Shown: piece by piece, positions 20,505 through 31,842 of the stretch
How the letters are laid out: every line of letters starts with the position of its first letter
Position numbering within the stretch: position 1 is the first letter of the stretch
Assembly: GCA_963710605.1 (NCBI GenBank)
Contig: CAVQBA010000006.1
Coordinates: forward strand, 128,001 to 192,000
DNA from: an uncultured cyanobacterium
GTDB taxonomy: Bacteria; Cyanobacteriota; Cyanobacteriia; Cyanobacteriales; Cyanobacteriaceae
Direction: 5' to 3'
Length of the DNA: 64,000 bases
Program-made: the position numbers and the translations under genes
Notes under the pieces: generated by a model
What the model saw: only the letters and a program-made list of their open reading frames with translations
Databases searched by the model: none
Told to the model about the DNA's origin: nothing

Positions 20505-21407
20505 TCACAAAGCATCAATTTTAGCTAAAAATTCTTGAGTGAGTTGATAAAATGCTTTTGAGCCATTTGATTTAGGTGTAGTTAAAACAACGGGCATAAA
20601 TAAATCAACGGCTTTAGCAACATTAACATCCATGGGAATATCTGAGCTAAACATTTGATCGATCGAAAAATCTTGTTTAATTCTACGTTTAACTTGATCA
20701 TAATATTTATCATAACGACCAAATAAACCTGCTTCTGAGAGAATAAAAACAATCCCTAACAATTGTAAATTTAATGGTTTGTCTTCTTGATGACTTTTTT
20801 TAAGTTTTTTGACTCTTCTTTCTAAAAGCTGAATACCTACCAAAGAAAGAGGTTCGGGGCGAGCGGGTAAAAGATAAAAATCACTAGCGGCGATCGCACT
20901 ACGAGTTAATAGATTATAACCGGGCGCACAATCCATGATTACAAAATCATAATAATCAACAACAGGTTGTAAAATATCGTAAATTAAAAATCGTTCAAAA
21001 TTATTCCAAACAGATTCAAAATTTTCGGTTTTCTCCTCATCAACTGCTTTTTGATGTAGCATCTCGGAGACTAAGTATTCATCATATAATTCAATATCGC
21101 CGGGTAATAGTTCTAAATTACTCAAGCCACAAATAGAAGGAGTAATCAAATCTCCGATATTTAATTTAGCATAAGGATTAGGTTTGATGGCTAAATCTAG
21201 TAGATAACTTAAAGTCTTGCGTTTTTTACGTAACTTTCCAAACTCGTGAGGCGGTAGCAAACTTAAAGTGGCACTAATTTGAGCATCTAAATCTAGTACT
21301 AATACTTTTTTGCCAAAATTTTTCGCTAAAGAAGTGGCTAAATTAACAGTGAGGGTGGTTTTGCCCACTCCTCCTTTCATATTAACTGTACTGATAATAT
21401 ATCCCAT
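20505..21407 (-). CDS. ParA/Soj family ATPase
   Basis: NMKGGVGKTT, DLDAQ, DCAP; likely start at ATG 21407. Confidence 0.9.
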   Translation of the reverse strand: MGYIISTVNMKGGVGKTTLTVNLATSLAKNFGKKVLVLDLDAQISATLSLLPPHEFGKLRKKRKTLSYLLDLAIKPNPYAKLNIGDLITPSICGLSNLELLPGDIELYDEYLVSEMLHQKAVDEEKTENFESVWNNFERFLIYDILQPVVDYYDFVIMDCAPGYNLLTRSAIAASDFYLLPARPEPLSLVGIQLLERRVKKLKKSHQEDKPLNLQLLGIVFILSEAGLFGRYDKYYDQVKRRIKQDFSIDQMFSSDIPMDVNVAKAVDLFMPVVLTTPKSNGSKAFYQLTQEFLAKIDAL

Positions 21408-21738
21408 AATCTGATAAATCTTGATATGATAGCAATGAATAATAAGCAAGTTCCTAATCAAGTTTATAACTGTATGTCGCACTCGCTAAAACCTAATTGT
21501 AAAATTGTGTCGATGATGACGCTTTTATCGATCGATTACTATTAGAATATGTTGGTCTTTTAAAGACAAATACTGACCAATAAATGCGATCGTAATATTA
21601 CTTAAAAAACTAATTATAATAGTTAGTTATTATTACCTAACTTTAGATAAAAACGGATCGAACTAAAGTAAATAACGGGTATATTAAAAAATAAGGTAAA
21701 TACTTGGCTGATTGCATGAATAACTAATATTGTATTGA

Positions 21739-22485
21739 TTGAAAGAAGAAAACTTGATGACAAACTCTAACTTTGCCCCTGATAATTTTGAGCCTCAACT
21801 GGTAATTCCTGAAGAAGGATTATCCGAAAAATCTAACATCAATTCTCGTCCGATAGTCAGTTTCCAGACTTATTTCACAGGAATAATGGAAATGTATGCT
21901 GATGAGAAAACTGTTTGTGAATATTTAAATGAGCATCAAGGCTGGTTTATTCGTTGTGCTAAACCGATGAAAGCTATCCCCTATGGCGAAAATGGCTATA
22001 CTTTAATCGTTGGTAATTATGGTGCTTTAGGTTATTACGTTGAACCACAAATGAGCGTCATTATTGAGCCTCCTCACTCTAAACGTTATGCAATGTATTC
22101 GGTTAATAATCCTCAGATAGAACATCCGGGTTATGAAGTTAATTATCGCTCAGATTTAGAGATAGAGTCAATACCTGTATCTTTAGCCGCTAAAGGAATT
22201 GAAAAAGTTTTTCGTAAACACACACAAGCCAAGTTACCCGAACAAATCACTAAAATCAATTGGCAGTTAAATTTAAAAGTTAAAGTACAATTTCCGGCAT
22301 TTATTTACCGTTTACCAATGTCAATGATTGAATCGACGGGAAATCGTTTACTTACCCAAATTGTTAAACAAGTTTCACCTAGTCTAAGTCATAAAGTCCA
22401 AAAAGACTTTCATTCTCGGATGAATTTACCTATTCCACCTGCAAGTTCAAGAACTTGTTTAGCCACAAAAGCGAAATTGAGTTAA
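21739..22485 (+). CDS. DUF1997-family protein
   Basis: YL..HQGWF.RCA.PMK and L.QIV.QVS..L...VQ.DFH motifs. Confidence 0.75.
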   Translation: MKEENLMTNSNFAPDNFEPQLVIPEEGLSEKSNINSRPIVSFQTYFTGIMEMYADEKTVCEYLNEHQGWFIRCAKPMKAIPYGENGYTLIVGNYGALGYYVEPQMSVIIEPPHSKRYAMYSVNNPQIEHPGYEVNYRSDLEIESIPVSLAAKGIEKVFRKHTQAKLPEQITKINWQLNLKVKVQFPAFIYRLPMSMIESTGNRLLTQIVKQVSPSLSHKVQKDFHSRMNLPIPPASSRTCLATKAKLS

Positions 22486-22524
22486 AATCAGATTACGTTA
22501 TTTTAATGGGTTACCTCATCACTG

Positions 22525-23400
22525 ATGAAAGTATCTAATGGCAATTGGTGGCAAAAAATCACCCAAGCAACCGAAAAAGCGATCGCATCTCATGCACTAC
22601 ATTCGATCGCTACTACTACTCATATCATCGAACAGAATGGGATACCTTTTGTTATTAGAATAATTGATAATTTAATTAGAAAAGAAAAACAACAAAAAAA
22701 GAATAAAAAAGATCCTAATTTTAATCCTTTTTTACCTTTTGAAACTAATCTTTTTATTGGCGAAATTAGTACAACTCATGTAGCAATTTTAAATAAATTT
22801 AATGTAGTTAATAATCATTTATTAATTATTACTCGTGATTTTGAAGCTCAAGAAAATATACTTAATTATGATGATTTTTTTGCTTTATGGTCAATTTTAG
22901 TCGAAGTTGATGGTTTTGCTTTTTATAACGCAGGAGCTATCGCTGGTGCATCTCAAGCCCATAAACATCTACAACTTATTCCTTATGCTTCTGGAAAAAT
23001 CGAGACAGTACCGATTGAAGAACTAATTTTAAAACATAGTAAGAAAGAAGAAATAATTAGTTTATCAGAATTACCATTTATTCATAAAATAGCCTTTTTT
23101 CCTGATTTGGATAATAAATCAATCGATGAATTGGCTAAGATAACTTTAGATTATTACCATCAATTGTTAACAGAATTAAACATTAAAATAGAAGAGCAAA
23201 AACCATCATTACAATATAACTTTTTAATGACTAAAAAATGGATGATGATTGTACCTCGTAGCCAAGACAAATTTGATAAAATATCGGTTAATTCTTTAGG
23301 TTTTTGTGGTGCATTACTGGCTAAAAATCAAAAAGGTTTGGATAAAATAAAACAACATCAACCTTTAGAAATTCTCAAGCAAGTAGGTTTTAAAAAGTAA
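22525..23400 (+). CDS. ATP adenylyltransferase / Ap4A phosphorylase II family
   Basis: NPFLP, LNKFNVV..HLL, FYNAG..AGASQ.HKHLQ, VNSLGF.G. Confidence 0.85.
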   Translation: MKVSNGNWWQKITQATEKAIASHALHSIATTTHIIEQNGIPFVIRIIDNLIRKEKQQKKNKKDPNFNPFLPFETNLFIGEISTTHVAILNKFNVVNNHLLIITRDFEAQENILNYDDFFALWSILVEVDGFAFYNAGAIAGASQAHKHLQLIPYASGKIETVPIEELILKHSKKEEIISLSELPFIHKIAFFPDLDNKSIDELAKITLDYYHQLLTELNIKIEEQKPSLQYNFLMTKKWMMIVPRSQDKFDKISVNSLGFCGALLAKNQKGLDKIKQHQPLEILKQVGFKK

Positions 23401-23584
23401 GAAAACAACCTGTAAGCTATAAATAAAATATTTTTTATATCCATTGTGTTTTTGATTTACAAAACTTCATTTATGTTGAATATAATTATTTTTAAATAAT
23501 GATTAAGTAAACAATTGTTAACTTAACTTAAATACTGAATAAATTGTAGAATAATCATAAGTATAAATTTAGGTAAATAATGAA

Positions 23585-24130
23585 ATGAATAAATTCAATT
23601 TTAAATGTCTGGCGTTTATATTTTTTTTCTTAAATGGAGTAGTTTTAATTAATTCTGAAGTTAAAGCCGCTACAATAGCGTATACATTTAGTTATGGAGA
23701 ATCTGAATATACTCCTAATTTTTTTAATTGGTTTAGTATATTAGATGATGATTATAAATCATTAACATCTAATGGAACTGAATTTTTAGATGCACACGAA
23801 ACATATATAATAAATACAATATATATAGATGATATAAATGATAGCGGTTTCAGTGAGATACATTATTATGATGATAGTCCCAATCTTAAAGTAGCATTTT
23901 TAAATGGCGAATTATTAGGATTAGATGGTGGTTATGCTAATATTAGTTTTTTTCCTGGTACGACTGATATAAGTCAAGCATATGCTATATATGACGTTCC
24001 TATTAAAGTTCAATACGAGTTAAGCCCCCCTGGTGCAGCCCTTCCAATACCAGAGCCATTAACTATATTCGGTTCTCTAACTGCTTTAGGCTTGGGATCA
24101 TTAATGAAATATAAAAAAAGTAACTCCTGA
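23585..24130 (+). CDS. PEP-CTERM sorting-domain protein
   Basis: Signal peptide (VKA-AT); C-terminal IPEPLTIFGSLTALGLGSLMKYKK. Confidence 0.85.
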   Translation: MNKFNFKCLAFIFFFLNGVVLINSEVKAATIAYTFSYGESEYTPNFFNWFSILDDDYKSLTSNGTEFLDAHETYIINTIYIDDINDSGFSEIHYYDDSPNLKVAFLNGELLGLDGGYANISFFPGTTDISQAYAIYDVPIKVQYELSPPGAALPIPEPLTIFGSLTALGLGSLMKYKKSNS

Positions 24131-24138
24131 TCTTAACT

Positions 24139-24251
24139 TATAGTCATTTGTATTTCATCTGTTTAGGTCATAGTTATGGAGGCTTTATTTATTTCTTTCT
24201 TTTGTAATACTGAATTAAATTATCAAGTGTTTTTAATTTGGAATGACTATA
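24139..24251. mobile_element. MITE-like element with TATAGTCATT/AATGACTATA ends
   Basis: Perfect 10-bp terminal inverted repeat with the same TATAG terminus as other local elements. Confidence 0.45.
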
Positions 24252-24375
24252 ATATTTTTTGAAGTTTTGTAGTAAGTCTTTTAAAACTTATTCGCTACTA
24301 ATTGCTAAAGTCATGACTACAAACTTAAAATGATGTAGTCTTAAATAAAAATATTATCATTTACATTACTAATCA

Positions 24376-24927
24376 ATGACATTTATCATCGTAGATTTAG
24401 AAGCAACTTGTTGTAATGGAGGCTCGATTCCTAGAAACGAAATGGAGATAATTGAAATCGGTGCAGTTGCTTTAGAAAATAGAACTTATAATATTATTTC
24501 TGAATTTGATACACTGGTTAAACCTGTTAGAAATCCAAAGTTAACCCAATTTTGTACTAAACTTACTTCTATCTCTCAAACAATGGTAGATAACTGCGAA
24601 ACTTTTTCTCAAGCCCTTGACAAATTTAAAGATTGGCTCTCAAATTTTGATAAACCAGAATTTTGTAGTTGGGGTAACTACGATAAAAATCAATTAATCA
24701 GAGATTGTCAGTATCATAAGCTCGATTATCCTTTCAATTCATATCACATTAACATCAAAAAACGATTTGCTCAAAAAAATGGCTTAGCTAAACCTGTCTC
24801 ATTAGGAAAAGCCATTCGGATGGTTAATCTTGAATTTGTTGGCACACCTCATCGAGGAATTGAAGACGCTAAAAATATGGCAAGACTCAGTGATTATATT
24901 TTTGGGAAAAAAAGATTACACTCTTAA
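24376..24927 (+). CDS. DEDDh 3'-5' exonuclease (ERI-1/KapD-like)
   Basis: VDLEATC, EIIEIGAV, SWG.YD, HRG.EDA.N. Confidence 0.9.
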   Translation: MTFIIVDLEATCCNGGSIPRNEMEIIEIGAVALENRTYNIISEFDTLVKPVRNPKLTQFCTKLTSISQTMVDNCETFSQALDKFKDWLSNFDKPEFCSWGNYDKNQLIRDCQYHKLDYPFNSYHINIKKRFAQKNGLAKPVSLGKAIRMVNLEFVGTPHRGIEDAKNMARLSDYIFGKKRLHS

Positions 24928-25037
24928 AATAATCCTTATTAGTTGAGATTCCACAATAACCCAGAGGATGTTTTCGATTCGAAAATCATTTCTCCACTAG
25001 TTTCGATCGTTTTTTGATAATTATATTTCGCTCTTTG

Positions 25038-25144
25038 GATTGCGAACATCTTGTTCGCTGGTGTACAAACATCTATTTTTTTTTAGATTGCGAACATCTT
25101 GTTCGCTAAATTTATTCCTATCTTGTTTGCTGGAGTACGAACAT
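25038..25144. repeat. REP-like palindromes GATTGCGAACATCTTGTTCGCT x2 plus degenerate arms
   Basis: Identical 22-mers at 25038-25059 and 25086-25107 with a GCGAACA/TGTTCGC stem. Confidence 0.8.
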
Positions 25145-25304
25145 AATAATCTAGAGAGTGAGACGCTTTCACTACATATACATATATATATATATATACA
25201 CACAAATCGATCGTATATAGTTTTTGGTAAAGAAAACAACACCCTTCTTCTATTATGAAGATAAGTTAAGCTAAAAATAGACAAAACGAGATTTAATATA
25301 AGTA

Positions 25305-27383
25305 ATGACTACAACAGCAACAAACCCTCTTTTGATAGGTGAAGGATTACCACCATTTGAACAAATAAAACCTGAACATATCGTTCCGGGAATCGAACAA
25401 TTATTGATCGAATTAGAAGCAGAATTAACCCAAATTGAAGAAGATTTTCAACCGACATGGTCTGGTTTGATTGTACCCTTAAATAATATCGAAGAAAGAC
25501 TACGTTGGAGTTGGGGTATCATTGGGCATTTGATGGGAGTGAAAAATAGTGATGAATTACGTCAAGCTTACGAAACAGTACAATCACAATTAGTTCAATT
25601 TTCCAATAGATTTAGTCAAAGCAAACCTCTTTATCAAGGTTTTGTCGCCATCAAAAATAGCGATGAATGGAATAATTTTGAACCAGCCCAAAAAAGAATT
25701 ATCACCTCAGCGATTAAAGATGCCCAATTATCAGGAGTCGCTTTAGAAGGAGAAAACAAAGAACGTTTTAACGAAATACAATTAGAATTAGCTGGATTAT
25801 CAACACAATTTTCTAATCATGTTTTAGATGCTACCAAAGCATTTAAACTCAAACTAACTAACAAAGAAGAAGTAGCAGGATTACCCGCAAGTTTACTTAG
25901 TTTAGCCGCTCAAACTGCTAGAAGTGAAGGAGAAGAAGAAGCGACAACCGAAAATGGCCCATGGGTGATTACTTTAGATTATCCGAGTTATGTACCTTTT
26001 CTTAAGTTTAGTAGCCGTAGAGATTTAAGAGAAAAAGTCTATCGTGCATTTATTACTCGTGCGACGGCAGGAGAATTAGATAACAATCCTTTAATTAGCA
26101 AAATTCTAACTCTCAAACAAGAAAAAGCCGAAATATTAGGGTATCAAAATTACGCCGAAATTAGCTTAACTCGCAAAATGGCGGATAGTGTAGAAGCAGT
26201 AGAAAAACTCTTAGAAGAATTAAGAGTAGTTAGTTATGATGCCGCTCAAAACGAATTAGAAGAATTAAAAGAATTTGCTACCCAAGAAGAAGATTTACAA
26301 CCTTGGGATGTAAGTTACTGGGCAGAAAAACAAAGAGAAAGCAAGTTTAATTTTACTCAAGAAGAGTTACGCCCTTATTTTTCCTTAGATAAAGTATTAG
26401 ATGGTTTGTTTGGCTTGGCTAAACGAATTTTTGGTGTCAGTATTGTTTCTGCTGATGGTGAAGCACCTATATGGCATGAAGATGTTAAATATTTTCAGGT
26501 TAGTAATGAAACTGATGAAGTGATTGCTCATTTTTATTTAGATGCTTATTCTCGCCCTGCTGAAAAAAGAGGTGGTGCGTGGATGGATGATTGTTTAGGT
26601 AGAGCGAAATTTCAAATTGATGGTAAAGCTGTGACTCGTTTACCTGTGGCTTATCTAACTTGTAATCAATCTCCGCCGATAGATGGAAAACCTAGTTTGA
26701 TGACTTTTGGTGAAGTGGAGACTCTTTTTCATGAGTTTGGGCATGGTTTACAACATATGCTGACTGTCATCGATTATGCGGGTGCGGCAGGTATTAATAA
26801 TGTTGAATGGGATGCGGTGGAGTTACCTAGTCAGTTTATGGAAAACTGGTGTTTAGAAAAAAATACTCTGTTTGGCATGGCTAAGCATTACGAAACGGGC
26901 GAAACTTTACCTAATCATTATTATGAAAAATTGGTGGCTTCTAAAAATTACATGAGTGGTTCTGGTATGCTAAGACAGTTACACTTTGCGATGTTAGATT
27001 TAGAGTTACATTCTCGTTATCAAGCAAATAATGGCGAAACTCATCATGATGTACGCGATCGTATTGCTAAGTTGACAACTGTTATGACACCTTTACCAGA
27101 AGATCAATTTTTATGTGCTTTTGGGCATATTTTCGCTGGTGGTTATGCGGCAGGTTACTACAGCTACAAATGGGCAGAAGTACTCAGTGCCGACGCTTTT
27201 TCTGCTTTTGAAGAGGCAGGTTTAGAAGATGAAGAGGCTGTTGCTACTGTGGGTAAACGTTTTCGTGATACTGTTTTAGGTTTAGGTGGTAGTTTATCTC
27301 CTATGGAAGTATTCAAACAATTCCGTGGAAGAGAGCCAAAAACTGAGCCTTTACTAAGACATAGTGGCTTATTAGTTAGTTAA
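25305..27383 (+). CDS. prlC: Oligopeptidase A (M3 family)
   Basis: KRGGAWMD, HEFGH, VELPSQFMENW, YYSYKWAEVL, FRGREP. Confidence 0.95.
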   Translation: MTTTATNPLLIGEGLPPFEQIKPEHIVPGIEQLLIELEAELTQIEEDFQPTWSGLIVPLNNIEERLRWSWGIIGHLMGVKNSDELRQAYETVQSQLVQFSNRFSQSKPLYQGFVAIKNSDEWNNFEPAQKRIITSAIKDAQLSGVALEGENKERFNEIQLELAGLSTQFSNHVLDATKAFKLKLTNKEEVAGLPASLLSLAAQTARSEGEEEATTENGPWVITLDYPSYVPFLKFSSRRDLREKVYRAFITRATAGELDNNPLISKILTLKQEKAEILGYQNYAEISLTRKMADSVEAVEKLLEELRVVSYDAAQNELEELKEFATQEEDLQPWDVSYWAEKQRESKFNFTQEELRPYFSLDKVLDGLFGLAKRIFGVSIVSADGEAPIWHEDVKYFQVSNETDEVIAHFYLDAYSRPAEKRGGAWMDDCLGRAKFQIDGKAVTRLPVAYLTCNQSPPIDGKPSLMTFGEVETLFHEFGHGLQHMLTVIDYAGAAGINNVEWDAVELPSQFMENWCLEKNTLFGMAKHYETGETLPNHYYEKLVASKNYMSGSGMLRQLHFAMLDLELHSRYQANNGETHHDVRDRIAKLTTVMTPLPEDQFLCAFGHIFAGGYAAGYYSYKWAEVLSADAFSAFEEAGLEDEEAVATVGKRFRDTVLGLGGSLSPMEVFKQFRGREPKTEPLLRHSGLLVS

Positions 27384-27384
27384 A

Positions 27385-27478
27385 AGTTAAGAGTTAAGAG
27401 TTAAGAGTTGAGAGTTACTTAGAATAATTGACAATTGATAATTACTGTTCATTGTTCATTGTTCATTGTTCATTGTTC
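27385..27478. repeat. STRR heptamer tandem repeats (AGTTAAG)n and (TGTTCAT)n
   Basis: Seen directly; similar arrays at 30835, 44089-44127, 63559. Confidence 0.85.
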
Positions 27479-27489
27479 GCTCTTAATGC

Positions 27490-29334
27490 TTAGGCGATTG
27501 TTTTTTGTTCGTGACGATCGAAAAAACGGTAAACTGATTGACTACTAAGGGGCTTGGAGAAAAAATATCCTTGCCCAAAATCACAGCCTAAATAACGAAG
27601 TCGATCGAATTGTGCTTGATTTTCAATTCCTTCGGCGACTATTTTCATATTAAGATTTTTACCTAATGTCATTATAGTTTCAATAATGTTAGCACTGTCG
27701 GCTTTTTTCATAATTGTTTTGACAAAAGAGCGATCGATTTTTAGCTGATTCACAGGAAAACGATGTAGATAACTTAAAGAAGAATAACCTGTGCCAAAAT
27801 CATCAATACTTAAACCTATATTACGCTCCCTAATTTGACACAGAATGTTATTAGCTAATTCTTGGTTATCCATAATTGCTGTTTCGGTGATTTCTAGATT
27901 TAGCCACTGACTATCAATTTTAGTTTCCGCTAAAATTTGATCTATTTGTTGAATCAAATCAGATTTGGCGAATTGTTTAACCGAGAGATTAACATTCATC
28001 GTCAAATTACCCGGTATTAGATTTTGTTGTTGCCAAACTTGTAGCTGACGGCAAGCTTCCTTTAATACCCACATTCCCAAAGGTACAATTAATCCGGTTT
28101 CTTCCGCCAAATTAATAAAATTCATGGGTGAAAGTAAACCTTTAGTGGGATGATTCCAGCGTACTAAAGCTTCAAATCCTTTAATACGATTATTTGTGAA
28201 AGAAAATATTGGTTGATAATGAAGTACAAATTCTTCTTTTTCTAAAGCTTGTCTTAAATCAGTTTCTAATTGTAATTTCTGTTGTGCTAACTGGTGCATC
28301 TCGGATTTGAAAACTCGATAACAAGCTTTTCCTGATTCTTTTGCCCGATACATAGCCATATCCGCATCTCTGACAATTGTTTCAGCAGATTGATAATGTT
28401 TGGTATCAACTAAAACCCCAACACTACCACCTAAAAATATTTCTCTTTCCTTAATCCGAAAAGGTTTTTTTAATTTATTAATTAATTGTTGAGCTATCTT
28501 GGTGGTATAGTTAACCGTTGGTAAATCTTCTAAAAGTACCATAAACTCGTCTCCTCCTAAACGAGCTAAGATGTCTGTTGGACGTAAGCAAGATTGTAAT
28601 CTACGGGCAACTTGTTGTAACACCTGATCACCAGCTAGATGCCCTAAAGAATCATTGACTAATTTAAAACGATCGCAATCTAAAAAAAGTACAGAATAAG
28701 TATAATGAGCTTCATGCTGACTACGTTCGATCGAATTTTGTAATAAATTTAATAATAATACTCGGTTAGGTAAATTAGTAAGTGTGTCGTAAAAAGCCAT
28801 TTGTATCAGCTTTTTTTGCGTAAGTTTGTGTTGCTGAATTTCTTCTTGTAAGTTAGTAGTGCTTTGTTTTACTCTTGTTTCTAATTCTTCATTAAGGCAT
28901 TTGATTTGATTTTGAGCAGATTGTAGTTTTAATTGATTTTCTACCCGCATCAAAACTTCTTCAAACTTAAATGGTTTACTAATATAATCAACTCCTCCTA
29001 CTTCAAATGCTTTTTGTTTATCTTTAGTATTTTCTAATGCACTCAAAAAAATAATCGGAATTTGAGCAGTTACTGGTGTCTGTTTTAGTTTCTGACACAG
29101 TTGATAACCATTCATTTTCGGCATCATCACATCAAGTAAAATTAATTGCGGCGGTTTAATTTCTATTTGAGCTAATGCTTCTTTGCCACTACAAGCTGAT
29201 CTAACATTATACCCTCGTTTTGTGAGCAATTTAGATAATAAAATGATATTAGTCTGAAAATCATCAATAATTAGAATATCACTTTGAATTTTTATTTCAT
29301 CTCTAACCGAATTAGTTTTATTATTGATATTCAT
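27490..29334 (-). CDS. REC-GGDEF-EAL response-regulated diguanylate cyclase/phosphodiesterase
   Basis: IIDD..LLDVMMP receiver; RLGGDEF; FEALVRW, IDDFGTGYSSL. Confidence 0.95.
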   Translation of the reverse strand: MNINNKTNSVRDEIKIQSDILIIDDFQTNIILLSKLLTKRGYNVRSACSGKEALAQIEIKPPQLILLDVMMPKMNGYQLCQKLKQTPVTAQIPIIFLSALENTKDKQKAFEVGGVDYISKPFKFEEVLMRVENQLKLQSAQNQIKCLNEELETRVKQSTTNLQEEIQQHKLTQKKLIQMAFYDTLTNLPNRVLLLNLLQNSIERSQHEAHYTYSVLFLDCDRFKLVNDSLGHLAGDQVLQQVARRLQSCLRPTDILARLGGDEFMVLLEDLPTVNYTTKIAQQLINKLKKPFRIKEREIFLGGSVGVLVDTKHYQSAETIVRDADMAMYRAKESGKACYRVFKSEMHQLAQQKLQLETDLRQALEKEEFVLHYQPIFSFTNNRIKGFEALVRWNHPTKGLLSPMNFINLAEETGLIVPLGMWVLKEACRQLQVWQQQNLIPGNLTMNVNLSVKQFAKSDLIQQIDQILAETKIDSQWLNLEITETAIMDNQELANNILCQIRERNIGLSIDDFGTGYSSLSYLHRFPVNQLKIDRSFVKTIMKKADSANIIETIMTLGKNLNMKIVAEGIENQAQFDRLRYLGCDFGQGYFFSKPLSSQSVYRFFDRHEQKTIA

Positions 29335-29764
29335 AATTGGTGATAACCTCTTCTTATTAAGATATAAATTAAGTTTAGATATTTATATAATTTGTCTTGC
29401 TCAACAAGCTTTATTAGTTCAAAAAAACAAATATATCCAGTAATTTTATTCAAAAAATGCAATTATTTAGATTAATGTTTCATAATAATTATTATCACAA
29501 GCAATAGTGAATATCTTGTGTAGAAATAGTAATTTATCAAGTATGTTGGTAATTAATCGATCGAATAAGTGAATACTATCTTAATGATCTATAAAATCTA
29601 TTATTGCAGATGCTAAAGACAATGATTAACATTTAAAATAGAAGTAATTATGGATGATCACCAATATTAATCCACTTTGGTGAGAGTTTTAAATTAAACA
29701 AAATATAACTCTAATACCGAAAACTTTTTGTTGTCGTCTTAATTTTATTAATAATACATTGATT

Positions 29765-30328
29765 ATGAACAAAACCGTAACAGTTGAAAAAGAAAAATTA
29801 GCTCAACCTCCTCTCAATTTACATTTTTTAGGAGATAAAGTATTACGTCAAAATACCAAACGAATTGCTAAAATCGACCAAGACGTTAGAGATTTAGCCA
29901 AACATATGCTTCAAACTATGTACTCCGAAAACGGTATTGGTTTAGCCGCACCTCAAGTAGGGATACATAAAAAAATGTTAGTGGTTGATTGTCAGCCAGA
30001 TAATCCTGCTACTCCACCGATGATTTTAATTAATCCTGAAATTACTAAGTTTGGTAAAGATTTTTGTGTAGCCGAGGAAGGTTGCCTTAGTATTCCTCAA
30101 GTGTTTTTAGAAGTTATTCGCCCTCGCACTATCGAAGTGACTTTTAAAGATGAATCGGGTAAGAAGAATAAAATTAAAGCCGCAGGTTTACTTTCTCGTG
30201 TCATTCAACACGAAATGGATCATCTTGATGGTGTATTATTTGTCGATCGAGTTAAAAATAATTTAGCATTAACTGAACAATTACAAAAAAAAGGTTTTTC
30301 TCTTAGTGCAGTACAATCAATCGTTTAA
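29765..30328 (+). CDS. def: Peptide deformylase
   Basis: GIGLAAPQVG, EGCLS, HEMDH. Confidence 0.95.
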   Translation: MNKTVTVEKEKLAQPPLNLHFLGDKVLRQNTKRIAKIDQDVRDLAKHMLQTMYSENGIGLAAPQVGIHKKMLVVDCQPDNPATPPMILINPEITKFGKDFCVAEEGCLSIPQVFLEVIRPRTIEVTFKDESGKKNKIKAAGLLSRVIQHEMDHLDGVLFVDRVKNNLALTEQLQKKGFSLSAVQSIV

Positions 30329-30479
30329 TCAATTGTAATAATTAATAACGACAAAATAAAATGATTAGTGGTTAAACTTAAAGACACAACCATATTTTGT
30401 GGTAATATTCTATATCTTCTGATGATTGCTATAATTTGATTGTCAATTCATAATTAAAAAATATTTATTCAAAAAAACT

Positions 30480-30824
30480 ATGACAGGAAAAAAAGGATTT
30501 GGTTTAGGTTTAGGCAAAATGAAAGAATTAGCTGAAGCCTTCAAAAAAGCTCAACAGATACAAGATGATGCTAAAATACTCCAACAAGAGTTGGAATCAA
30601 TGCAAATTCAAGGGCAAAGTGAAGATGGCTTAGTTGTAGTTACCATGAGTGGTAATCAAGAGCCCTTAAATGTAGAAATAGCTGAAGAAGCCCTAACCAG
30701 AGGTGCTAGTGAAGTCTCTGCATTAGTTACTGTCGCTATTAAAGATGCTTATGATAAATCAACTACAATTATGCGTGAGAAAATGGAATCTTTAACCGGT
30801 AATTTGAATTTACCCGGAATGTAG
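30480..30824 (+). CDS. ybaB: YbaB/EbfC nucleoid-associated protein
   Basis: AQQIQ...LQQEL, GLV.V.MSGNQEP. Confidence 0.9.
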   Translation: MTGKKGFGLGLGKMKELAEAFKKAQQIQDDAKILQQELESMQIQGQSEDGLVVVTMSGNQEPLNVEIAEEALTRGASEVSALVTVAIKDAYDKSTTIMREKMESLTGNLNLPGM

Positions 30825-31099
30825 ATTTAATAGTTGAGAATTGAGAATTGAGAATTATTATTTTTGTTCTCAGTTTTTCTTGTTTTATTGATTCATTACG
30901 GAGAGTATATACAGTATTTTCTTCGATTAGGTAACTAATAATTGTTTGATAATAACTATTGTCTAGTGTTTATAAATATAGTAATATTTTATTTTTTACT
31001 TGTTTATCGGATGCTAGATTTTAGTTTGTGTACTTAATTATTATTAATTATTAATAAAAAAAATTTAATTATACTTCTTTGGTGAAGTTAAAAAAAATT

Positions 31100-31576
31100 A
31101 TGGGTAAAATAAAGTTATTATTTGTTTGTTTGGGTAATATTTGTCGATCGCCTTCGGCGGAAAATTTGATGCGACATTTGATCGAAAAAGAGGGTTTAAG
31201 TGAGCAATTTGAGTTAGATTCTGCTGGCACTTGTAACTATCATATAGGTTCAATACCAGATAGTAGAATGAGAGTGGCGGCTAAGAAAAGAGGTATAGAA
31301 TTAAAAGGTAAAGCCAGACAAATTGAAGAAATAGATTTGGAATATTACGATCTGATTTTGGCAATGGATAAGTCTAATTATCAAGATATTTTAGCACTCG
31401 ATCGTCAAGGTAAATATCACCATAAAATCAAATTAATGTGCGATTTTGCTACCGAATATACCGATTCAGAAGTACCCGACCCTTATTATGGAGGAGAATT
31501 GGGTTTCGATTACGTAATTGACTTATTACTCGATTCGTGTCAAGGATTAGTTGAATATTGCCAAACAGAATTTTAA
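31100..31576 (+). CDS. Low-molecular-weight protein-tyrosine phosphatase
   Basis: CLGNICRS, DSAGT, VPDPYYG. Confidence 0.93.
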   Translation: MGKIKLLFVCLGNICRSPSAENLMRHLIEKEGLSEQFELDSAGTCNYHIGSIPDSRMRVAAKKRGIELKGKARQIEEIDLEYYDLILAMDKSNYQDILALDRQGKYHHKIKLMCDFATEYTDSEVPDPYYGGELGFDYVIDLLLDSCQGLVEYCQTEF

Positions 31577-31842
31577 TCAAGCTAAATAGATAGTTGAGAG
31601 TGAAGAGTTAACTAGTTATAGATAAAAGATGAAGGATGAGAAATGAATTATACAAACTTTATAGCAAGCAAACACTTTATCTGCAAATGATAGTAGTAAT
31701 AACTTAATTCATTAAAATGCTTAAGTATTTGATGAGGATTACCAACAATAGATAATATCAACGAAAATCAACCTATCTTTTTACGATTATCGATAATTAA
31801 ACGAATTTCAAATTAATAGTTACCTCAATCACTCCACTACAT

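Noticed and set aside
20505-21407. Plasmid partition locus
   Set aside because: Orphan parA with no parB, parS or rep, among chromosomal genes
25038-25144. Possible mini CRISPR array
   Set aside because: Only two exact 22-bp copies with a 26-bp gap, strongly palindromic, and no cas genes; fits REP-type repeats
25021-25284. ORFs 25021-25284 (-) and 25040-25258 (+)
   Set aside because: Translations of REP repeats and the TA microsatellite
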